In this document: positions 56,346 to 64,000 of the stretch, in pieces
Position numbering within the stretch: position 1 is the first letter of the stretch
Layout: every line of letters starts with the position of its first letter
Source of the DNA: an uncultured Rikenellaceae bacterium
GTDB lineage: Bacteria > Bacteroidota > Bacteroidia > Bacteroidales > VadinHA17
Reading direction: 5' to 3'
DNA: 64,000 nt
Assembly (NCBI GenBank): GCA_964472085.1
Contig: CAYYIW010000003.1
Coordinates: forward strand, 2,893 to 66,892
The notes under the pieces: model-generated
The model's database searches: none
What the model was told of the DNA's origin: nothing
Seen by the model: the letters and a program-made list of their open reading frames with translations, nothing else
Program-made: the position numbers and the translations under genes

Positions 56346-58718
56346 CTATTCTGTCCTTACTGAACTGGCAGGATTGGTTATGGCTGCCTGGTATGCTTTA
56401 TAACTGATCGTAATGAAAGTTATAAGTATGGTCAGCAGCGATGATACTATAAGCAGGGTAATGCTTATATTGGTCCTGTAAACATAGTTCTCGAGCCAGT
56501 TGCTCATGAAATAATATGACACCGGAACCGCAATGATAATACCAATTATAATAAGAACCAGGAAATCCATGGAGATAAGTCCCAGGATAGTACCTTCACT
56601 GGCTCCGAATACTTTTCGTATACCTATCTCCTTTGTCCGTTGTTCTACCATATAGGAAGCAAGCCCGAACAGTCCAAGGCAGGCTATCAGGATAGCAAGG
56701 ATAGTAAATATTGTAAAGATCAGTCCACGTTTCTCATCAGCTTCAAACTGCCTGTTAAACCTTTCGGTAAGATAAGTATAGGTGAAAGGCTGGTCGGGGA
56801 AAACCTCGTTCCATTTTGATTCGATGAAGGAAATGGTTGATTTTGTGTCTTTGCCGCTAAGCTTTATATAGATAATATTGTTCAGAGGACGCCATATAAG
56901 AAGTAGTGATTCAATCCCATTGTACATCCCGGTCTGATGATAATCCTTCATGACTCCAATTACCCTTGCACGTATTGTATTGGCATCTCCAAGTTCAACT
57001 TTTTTACCAATTGGCTCCTGCCATGCCATACGGTTTACAAATGTCTGGTTAACAATTACACCTGTCAGAGTATCTGAAGGCATATCTTTCTGGAAATTAC
57101 GGCCTTCATCCATTTTGATGCCTAAAGCATCAATAAAATCATAATCAACGACTGCGAAATTGACCCCTTTCTGTACCATCCCCTGGTCGGTCTCTACATT
57201 AAATATAACTTTTCCGGATCCTTCTCCAATAGGGGTGTTTGTGGATGTAACATACTTGATATTAGGGTTTTCAAGCAGCGTCTCTTTTAAGACAGGGTAT
57301 TTTCTTGCCATCCTCTGGTCATTAAGCTGAAGACCAATAACATTAGTCTGGTCAAATCCCTGGTCCATATTTTTCATATAATTTATCTGCTTATATACTA
57401 CCAGGGTGCAGATAATCATGATAACAGAAACAGCGAACTGGGTTACAACAAGGATTTTACGGAACAGGCTTCCGGCCGACCCCTGTGTTATTTCCCCTTT
57501 CAGTACTGTTACCGGACTAAACCTTGACAGAAAGAATGCCGGGTAACTGCCACCTATTATTCCTACTATTATGATAATGCCCAGGATAGTGAGCAGAAAC
57601 ACGGGACTATAAAGGATATGCAGATCGAATGATTTACCTGCAAGCAGGTTGAACTTTGGCAGAAGTACAATAAGGAGGATGGTACTGAGAATAAGTGACA
57701 AAATTGTAAAAAACGATGATTCTGAGAGGAACTGCAGGATAAGGGGACCTCTTCTCGATCCTACAACTTTGCGCAGTCCGACTTCCCTGGCTCTTCTGGT
57801 TGACCTTGCTGTTGCCAGGTTCATATAATTCATTGCCGCAATAAGTACAAGGAACAAGGCCACTATAGCAAATATATATACATAGGTGATGCTTCCTGTC
57901 GGTTCTGGTTCATTGGCGTTTGTTGAATAGAGATGTATCCTTGTAAGTGGTTCGAGGATATATTCTATCTTGATATTCATAGGACCGAAAATAGGCTTCA
58001 TGTATTGCTCATACATTCCCTGTATCTTTGTTTCAAAAGGTTTAATATCGAAATCCGGAGGGAAAAGCAGGTAAGTGAACACACCGAAATTGCCCCAGTT
58101 TCCAAGTTGTTTCGGGAGATTATTCCTGGCTGCCAGGGCGTCGTACCTGAAATGTGAGTTTGTGGGAATATCCTGGATGACACCGGTTACCTCATATGTG
58201 TTTGAACCGGCTGTAAGAGTTTTGCCGATAGGATCCTCTTTACCAAAGTACTTGTTGGCAACCTTTTCGGTAAGGATTATTTTATTTGGTTCGCGAAGAG
58301 CCGATTTCACCTCTCCTTTGAGGACCTTAATGGTAAAAATGTCAAATAAGGTGGAATCAACAAAAAAGAAATTATCCTCATTGAATTCTTTATCTTCATA
58401 TTTGTAAAGAGCCCTGGGCATATTAATAAACCTCACGAATGATTCGACCTCCGGGTAGTCTTTAACAACCTGGGGCCCGAAAGGGATTTGTGCAACATTC
58501 CAGGTAAACTGGTCATCCGGTTCAGTAATTTTTGATGATACCCTGTATATTCTGTCGGCATTAGTGTTATAACGATCGTAACTTATCTCATCAGCAACAT
58601 AAATTATAAGGAAAAGGGCGCTTGTTATTCCCAGGGTAAGACCCAGTATATTGAGCAGGCTGTATCCGATATGCTTTGTGATATGCCTGAGGGCGGTTTT
58701 GAGGAGGTTTTTCAGCAT
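56346..58718 (-). CDS. MacB/FtsX-like ABC transporter permease (duplicated, ~790 aa)
   Basis: MLKNLLKTA start, NILGLTLG, NYMNLATARS..RAREVGLRKVVG, RTKEIGIRKVFGA. Confidence 0.92.
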   Translation of the reverse strand: MLKNLLKTALRHITKHIGYSLLNILGLTLGITSALFLIIYVADEISYDRYNTNADRIYRVSSKITEPDDQFTWNVAQIPFGPQVVKDYPEVESFVRFINMPRALYKYEDKEFNEDNFFFVDSTLFDIFTIKVLKGEVKSALREPNKIILTEKVANKYFGKEDPIGKTLTAGSNTYEVTGVIQDIPTNSHFRYDALAARNNLPKQLGNWGNFGVFTYLLFPPDFDIKPFETKIQGMYEQYMKPIFGPMNIKIEYILEPLTRIHLYSTNANEPEPTGSITYVYIFAIVALFLVLIAAMNYMNLATARSTRRAREVGLRKVVGSRRGPLILQFLSESSFFTILSLILSTILLIVLLPKFNLLAGKSFDLHILYSPVFLLTILGIIIIVGIIGGSYPAFFLSRFSPVTVLKGEITQGSAGSLFRKILVVTQFAVSVIMIICTLVVYKQINYMKNMDQGFDQTNVIGLQLNDQRMARKYPVLKETLLENPNIKYVTSTNTPIGEGSGKVIFNVETDQGMVQKGVNFAVVDYDFIDALGIKMDEGRNFQKDMPSDTLTGVIVNQTFVNRMAWQEPIGKKVELGDANTIRARVIGVMKDYHQTGMYNGIESLLLIWRPLNNIIYIKLSGKDTKSTISFIESKWNEVFPDQPFTYTYLTERFNRQFEADEKRGLIFTIFTILAILIACLGLFGLASYMVEQRTKEIGIRKVFGASEGTILGLISMDFLVLIIIGIIIAVPVSYYFMSNWLENYVYRTNISITLLIVSSLLTILITFITISYKAYQAAITNPASSVRTE

Positions 58719-58804
58719 GATGATTGGGTTTGTTTTATTCAAATTTATTATTTATTGTCTTTACAAAATAATAGTCATCACAAATTAACAATGCATTAAC
58801 AGTG

Positions 58805-60814
58805 TTATTTTTCTTCAAGTACCTTTATGTCATCAAACCAGGCAACACCCTGGCCCGGCATGGTTAAGACCATGTTTGTCCTGAATCCGGCAATACTGTC
58901 ATCAGGAACAGTCACAAAAGTCATGTACTGCTTCCAGGTTTTTCCCGGAACAAACCGGGCCTTTCCGAAGTTTCCCAGGCTTATTTCGACATACTGCGGT
59001 TCATCTTTTTTATGTAATAGACGATCATTTTTCTTTTTAGTTACAACGGAAAACCTTTGTTCCGGGTCCGATTTGGCCCATAACGATATCACATATGTTG
59101 TCCCGGATCTGACTTTGAATGGAAAGAACCTGACCGTTACTCCCTTGTCCTGTTCGGGTGTAACCAGTCTTAAGGAATGATTGCCTGAATGATGCTCCCT
59201 TGTGTCCAGGAAAAAGGTGGCACCCCTGTCTCCTCCGGGTCTGGCATAACATGCTGAAGGGACTCCCGGGGTGGAAAGATCTTCAAATCCCGGATCCTGC
59301 AGAAGGTTTTCCTTACCTGCAGCATCAGATGTTATGTTATTGCTGGTACTGATTATATATACTTTTGACCCGTAAGGGGATATCTGATCAGAGATGATAC
59401 CACCACTGATGGCTATTTCCCTGTTCTCAAATAGTACGGTGGCTTTTCCAAACCGGAAGCCTTTGATCCTTATAGAAGCATTTACCGGGGAGTTGGACCT
59501 GTTGACAGCCATAACCGCCAACTGCCCATTATGCGTTCTTGATGTCACAATGATGTTGGGGGAGTATGAAAAAACAGGATATGAATCTTCATCTGACAGA
59601 AGCCATGGGGTCAGCTCAGCAACCTCAGTGGCAATCCGGCTACATTCATCCCACGATGAAACGGATTTTGGAAAATAATTAGGTCCCTGCCTGACAAAGT
59701 ATTCAATCCCTGTGGCTCCTCTGATTATTGATTGCCATGTCATTGATCGTATTTCCTGCGGAGTGGGTTCCCTTTCCCATATCTCACCTCCTCCGAATGT
59801 CTGTGGTACGATCCATACAGGATTCTTTCCAATGAATTCATCCTTAAGCTGATTTGTTACATTACCAACAAGAGAAACAGGAAGTCGTGGAACAGGATAT
59901 GGATCAGCCATTACTATATCGAGTGCATCAGCATAATCCTGTGCCGTGATGAAAGGAGCCATGAATACGATTGAGACAGGATGGTAAGGATCCGTCTTCT
60001 TTACCGTTTCATAGATCTCTTTCAGCTTTTCAGGGGGGGTATCGTATCCGTTAGGCTCGTCTGATATGTACCATCCAAGAAGAGCTGGATGATCACGGAA
60101 AGCCTCAATCTCTTTTATAAGACGTTTACGTTTTTCCTGTTCTGTGATACCATCGATCTTCGATCCCACGCCACCTCCACCTGATACCGACAGCAGGTTG
60201 TAATTAACCTTAAGTCCCAGCTGTGCACACCTGTCCATATAAGCTTTCCGTTCGACAAAAGTCTCCGGAAGTATCTTCTGGTAGGGTGAGATGAAATTAA
60301 ATCCTCTTACAACCTCCTGTTCAGGTAAGGCAGGATCAATAGGAGTGTAGCAATAAAAGCCAAAAGGGAAAAACTGTTTCCTGTTAACGATCAAACCTCC
60401 GGTTAGCCTGTCAGTCTTTACCTCATTGGATTTATAGGCAAGTACCGGGAGATCCGTTCTGGCCTCATAAATTATACCGGAGCGCCATGGTACGGTTATA
60501 CGTGCTTCCACAGCATGTACGTCCCTTGAAAGATCTATCTTAAACGGAACTCTGAGGATGGTTTTTCCTGAGCTGATCCTGAGCGAATCATGCAGTTCAT
60601 CATCAATATATATCTTAATGGTCATATTACTTCCCCTGAAACCTGCAGGGATATGAAGCAAAAACTCACCCTCTGTCTCGAATGTATAGAAACTTAACCT
60701 TGGATATATGCTGAATCGCGTGGAATCTATCACCTGCCCGGTTAAAACCTGGCCCTGGAATAAAATTATAATAAGCAATAATAGGTGATGTAGTTTCTTG
60801 CACATTTTCAACAT
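58805..60814 (-). CDS. Uncharacterised secreted glycoside-hydrolase-like TIM barrel with C-terminal CBM-like jelly roll
   Basis: Signal peptide, FFPFGFY, HPALLGWYISDEP, DPYP, PVWIVPQTFG, RGATGI; C-terminal NLLQDPGFE...HSGNHSL...AWFDDIKV. Confidence 0.7.
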   Translation of the reverse strand: MLKMCKKLHHLLLLIIILFQGQVLTGQVIDSTRFSIYPRLSFYTFETEGEFLLHIPAGFRGSNMTIKIYIDDELHDSLRISSGKTILRVPFKIDLSRDVHAVEARITVPWRSGIIYEARTDLPVLAYKSNEVKTDRLTGGLIVNRKQFFPFGFYCYTPIDPALPEQEVVRGFNFISPYQKILPETFVERKAYMDRCAQLGLKVNYNLLSVSGGGGVGSKIDGITEQEKRKRLIKEIEAFRDHPALLGWYISDEPNGYDTPPEKLKEIYETVKKTDPYHPVSIVFMAPFITAQDYADALDIVMADPYPVPRLPVSLVGNVTNQLKDEFIGKNPVWIVPQTFGGGEIWEREPTPQEIRSMTWQSIIRGATGIEYFVRQGPNYFPKSVSSWDECSRIATEVAELTPWLLSDEDSYPVFSYSPNIIVTSRTHNGQLAVMAVNRSNSPVNASIRIKGFRFGKATVLFENREIAISGGIISDQISPYGSKVYIISTSNNITSDAAGKENLLQDPGFEDLSTPGVPSACYARPGGDRGATFFLDTREHHSGNHSLRLVTPEQDKGVTVRFFPFKVRSGTTYVISLWAKSDPEQRFSVVTKKKNDRLLHKKDEPQYVEISLGNFGKARFVPGKTWKQYMTFVTVPDDSIAGFRTNMVLTMPGQGVAWFDDIKVLEEK

Positions 60815-60995
60815 CCTGGTTACAGATTATAAGAGTTGTTTATAAATGACCCTGATGAATTCCATTACCCGGCTGGCTGCAGGGTGGGAGTATTTAATTT
60901 CCGGGAGTTAAAAGTAATTACTTTCTGTACCAAAAAAAACATTACTGCCATTGATTTTGCAATTATTAGTTGGAACCGGTTATTGAGGAAAGATA

Positions 60996-61050
60996 ATTAC
61001 CCGGCCATGATCCTGTATTCCCGGGAATTCGGGATCAGGTGCCGGGTAAC
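60996..61050. other. Nested inverted repeat / long hairpin, possible terminator for the GH2 gene
   Basis: TTACCCGGC/GCCGGGTAA outer stem, TGATCC/GGATCA inner stem, ATTCCCGGGAAT central palindrome. Confidence 0.5.
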
Positions 61051-61107
61051 TTATTCTTTGGATGTCTGATATTTGGCAGGTATTATTATTTAAATTCAGG
61101 TATAAAA

Positions 61108-62983
61108 TTAGTAGCTGTTAACAAGTGAGATTATTTTCAGTTCTTTTTCGAAATCAGCCGGCGTCTCACTTGTTGTACATGTAATTACCTTTGTTTCCCC
61201 TGGAAGAAGATCAAAATAGTTATCGGAGAAGAATCCTTCATGGTCTGTCCTCATGAATACACTTTTAGCGAAACTGTCACTGTTTAGTTCTATTTTATAA
61301 CCTGTGGCTGTGGGAGTTATTTTCCGGTTAATAACAGCTTTGGGAAGATCAAGGTATTTGTAGGCAGTAAAAAAGAAATTGTTGGAAGCGAGTACTTTTT
61401 TACCTTTGATGAGTCTTACATTGCCCATAACTTTTGATGTATCGTTCCCAGCCAGGAATTCCTTTCCCTCTTTGCTGTACAGGAGCTTTGAGGTATTAGC
61501 TCCAATCTTTGCAGGGATGGTCAGTTTCTTTAAAATTTTACCGTTGAAGTCCATAATCCTGAGTTCGGCGCGGGCTGACAGGCTTTTAAGGGAGTCTGAT
61601 ACCATATACAGATTGAGAGTATCCTTATAGTACTGGGGTACCAGTATAACATTGCTGAATGATCTTTTTACCTGGTAGTGCAGGGCTTTCCAGTGATTAA
61701 GATAATCTATGCCGGACCAGGATGCCACGGGCCATACGTCATTCAGCTGCCAGTATAGGGTTACCATTGTGAAAGGCCTGCTTCTCCTGTGTGTTTCGAA
61801 AGCGATCTTCATAACTTCAGCCTGCATTACCTGGCTGACATACAGGTAAGTCTCAAAATCCTTTGGATAATGATAATACATCTTCATATATTTGTCCATA
61901 ACCTGGTTGCCGTTCGAGGCCCGCTGGTGGTACTGCATTATAGGAGACAGATAATTCCAGTCACCCGGTTCGCAGACCGGTTTTAGTTGAGAGCTCGTCG
62001 AGTTTATTATTGCCTTCAGCCAGGGTAGCAGTGAATTCATATACCGGGTGTGCACCCATGCCATTTGGCCACCATAGTGAAGGATGTTCAATTGTTAAAT
62101 TTACCGGAATACTGTTTGACCCTTCACTGAGATTTACCGGGACAGACACTTTATGGGGCGTCTCACTGCCAGTTTTATAGCTCACAGATAATACAGCATC
62201 ATGACCTGCATTTGACTTGATTGCAGCTATTACAGTAAGCCTGGCTTTATTTGCACTTATCTCATTCTGTACTACCTCAATATTGTTTATTGTAGCATCA
62301 TCCCAGGCGCTTATATAAACAGGCCGCCATATGCCGCTTGTTGGAAGTGTCGGGGACCAGTCCCATCCGTACATGTAGGCGGCTTTCCTGGTGTCAGGTC
62401 CGATTGGAGGACAATCAGACGGTGGTCCGGCCATTATCTTTATTCCGGGTCCGAAATCGAAATTATATCCAATGGGAGCTTCAATATTCCATTTGTCCTT
62501 GTGAACAAGACCCATCACAATGGGAGAGTGGAACAGGATACGCAGGTTGTTCTCACCTTCTCTTGCATTATTTTTAATACTTACATTCCAGTCGATAAAC
62601 ATGTTATCTGTTTTGAGGATGAGCTTGTCGTTAAGATATACATCCGCATAGGTGTCAAGACCCTTGAAGTCAAGCTCAATGTTCTGTTTTTCAAGAACAT
62701 CTTTTACGAGTGTAAATGTGTTGGCATATTCCCAGGAATATTTGTCTATCCACTGTACGTTTTTTTCATTATCCCGGTAAAAGGGATCGGGAATAAGCCT
62801 GTTGGCCATAAGATCAGTATGGACGCACCCGGGGACGGTGGCATTATACCATTGATTCGTACCGAATTTATGCATCTTCCAGTTGTCCTTGATCTCAATT
62901 GTGAGATGACTGTTGTTCTGTGCTGTCATTACGGCAGGTGCCAGGAGCAGGAACAGTATTATCAGGGCCGGGTATTTTCTCAT
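61108..62983 (-). pseudogene. GH2 beta-mannosidase with internal deletion and frameshift
   Basis: N-part (62983-61961): signal peptide, VPGCVHTDL, GLDTYA, YGWDW, LWWPNG, KTGLRT, then stop. C-part in another frame: EPGDW, LYWQLNDVWPVASWS, SDNYFDLLPGE. The NNE and SEYG motifs are absent. Confidence 0.85.
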
Positions 62984-63055
62984 ACTTATACGATTAGATT
63001 GTTAATGATGGTTTTTAAGTCAAAAATATTGTTAATCACTATTTTACATGAATAT

Positions 63056-63667
63056 CTATGCTTTCAGACTCTCATAGAATGCGTCCCACAGGGTAATGAA
63101 AGAACCGGTTATTTCGGTTATTTGTCCTCTGTTCATGATGGTATCAAGGCTTATTCCATTACCGGAAAAAATGAACATTTTTGCCAGTTGTTCCCCTGTC
63201 ATCGATGATTTTATCTCACCCGACTCAAATGCTCTTTCAACCGCCCTGGTCCACTGCTCTAATTCGTATTGTCGTGCCTCCTGTATCTTTTTACGGTATT
63301 CAGGGATCATCCTCAGAGCATCAAAAAGGGGATACAGGTAATTGAAGTCAGGAATACTCTCTTCATCCATACCGGTTTTGCTGTCGGATAATTTCAGCAT
63401 AACCTTTTCCAGGTCAGCTATATGGTCGTGATAAAAACTGTATAACGATTCTTTGGAATAACTGCCGTAATCGAATACAAGCATACGAGTGAAGAATTTA
63501 TCAATAACCTCGAGGAAGAGTGTTTCCTTGGTATTAAAATAATGATAGAATGCTCCCTTGGATAATCCTGTGGTTTCTACTATCTCTTTTAATGTCACAT
63601 CCTTGAAGCTCTTTCCGAGAAACAGTTTCAGGCATTCTACCAGTATAAATTCTTTGGTTGTGATCAT
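63056..63667 (-). CDS. TetR/AcrR family transcriptional regulator
   Basis: HTH KSFKDVTLKEIVETTGLSKGAFYHYFNTKE. ATG at 63667 preferred. Confidence 0.92.
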   Translation of the reverse strand: MITTKEFILVECLKLFLGKSFKDVTLKEIVETTGLSKGAFYHYFNTKETLFLEVIDKFFTRMLVFDYGSYSKESLYSFYHDHIADLEKVMLKLSDSKTGMDEESIPDFNYLYPLFDALRMIPEYRKKIQEARQYELEQWTRAVERAFESGEIKSSMTGEQLAKMFIFSGNGISLDTIMNRGQITEITGSFITLWDAFYESLKA

Positions 63668-63685
63668 AAACCGACCGTTTGGTTT
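63668..63685. promoter_or_regulatory. Putative TetR autoregulatory operator
   Basis: Near-palindrome AAACCGACC|GTTTGGTTT (7 of 9 arm positions match) directly upstream of the ATG. Confidence 0.5.
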
Positions 63686-63851
63686 GTAAATATATATCAA
63701 ATGACAACAAAATACAATGAAACAGCAAAAAAATAACAGCTGCAGAGAGTATGTCTGTTTTTTCTGTGTATCCGGCAACTACTGACGGTACCTTCAAAAC
63801 TCAATCCCTGCAGCTGTTATTATGATATGATTAACTTCCCGCTTAAAATAT

Positions 63852-64000
63852 TTATTTGGCAGGAGTAATGACAATATTCCTGTACTCTATAGGACCATGG
63901 TCGCCCTGGAGCAGGATTGGACCGGGTTCTCCCTCATTGCTGTCGAGTGCGCCACCGGTGATTCCGGGGATCAAAGCTTCACAGATGATTGTCTTTCCGT
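63852..64000 (-). CDS. DUF1080 (3-keto-glycoside hydrolase-like) protein, C-terminal end (truncated by window edge)
   Basis: Minus frame reads GKTIICEALIPGITGGALDSNEGEPGPILLQGDHGPIEYRNIVITPAK*; LQGDHGP..YRNI is typical of DUF1080. Confidence 0.85.
   Translation of the reverse strand, partial: GKTIICEALIPGITGGALDSNEGEPGPILLQGDHGPIEYRNIVITPAK

Noticed and set aside
60836-61069. 77-aa intergenic ORF
   Set aside because: No recognisable motif; it overlaps the hairpin and lies opposite to the co-oriented cluster.
61108-62091. 327-aa ORF as an independent gene
   Set aside because: Its first ~40 residues are an off-frame reading of the GH2 N-part; homology starts only at EPGDW.
62501-63208. 235-aa plus-strand ORF and the many other 60-140 aa antisense or off-frame ORFs in the track
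   Set aside because: They shadow well-supported genes and show no family motifs.

Overview
This is a mostly housekeeping segment of a Bacteroidota (Bacteroidales-like) chromosome. The assignment rests on Bacteroidota-type rpoZ, the bamD-rpoZ-coaBC-DUF4835-recN-fabI and nusB-DUF1573-yajC-YbbR-coaE operons, and repeated TAnnTTTG promoter motifs. I saw no rRNA, tRNA, CRISPR array, transposase or integrase. Amino-acid and peptide catabolism genes are common: hutI-ftcD, arcC-arcB, agmatinase, M14/S9/M24 peptidases and a three-subunit transhydrogenase. The last 10 kb is a minus-strand carbohydrate-enzyme cluster. The most notable observations are: (1) coaBC, a CoA-pathway gene that is normally essential, is split exactly at an A10 run that a -1 shift or one extra A would repair; (2) a probable cysteate acyltransferase (SulA/CapB, sulfonolipid synthesis) is flanked by two decayed copies of a ~100-bp inverted-repeat element; (3) a 7TM-HD phosphohydrolase lacks its extracellular domain in frame; (4) an unassigned TIM-barrel glycosidase has a DEP motif and Gln at the apparent nucleophile site; (5) a GH2 beta-mannosidase has lost its catalytic core at a microhomology junction; (6) there is a three-gene ECF sigma / membrane protein / Spy-CpxP-like module and an orphan TorD-family chaperone. 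All family assignments come from motif recognition and memory; no database search was run.
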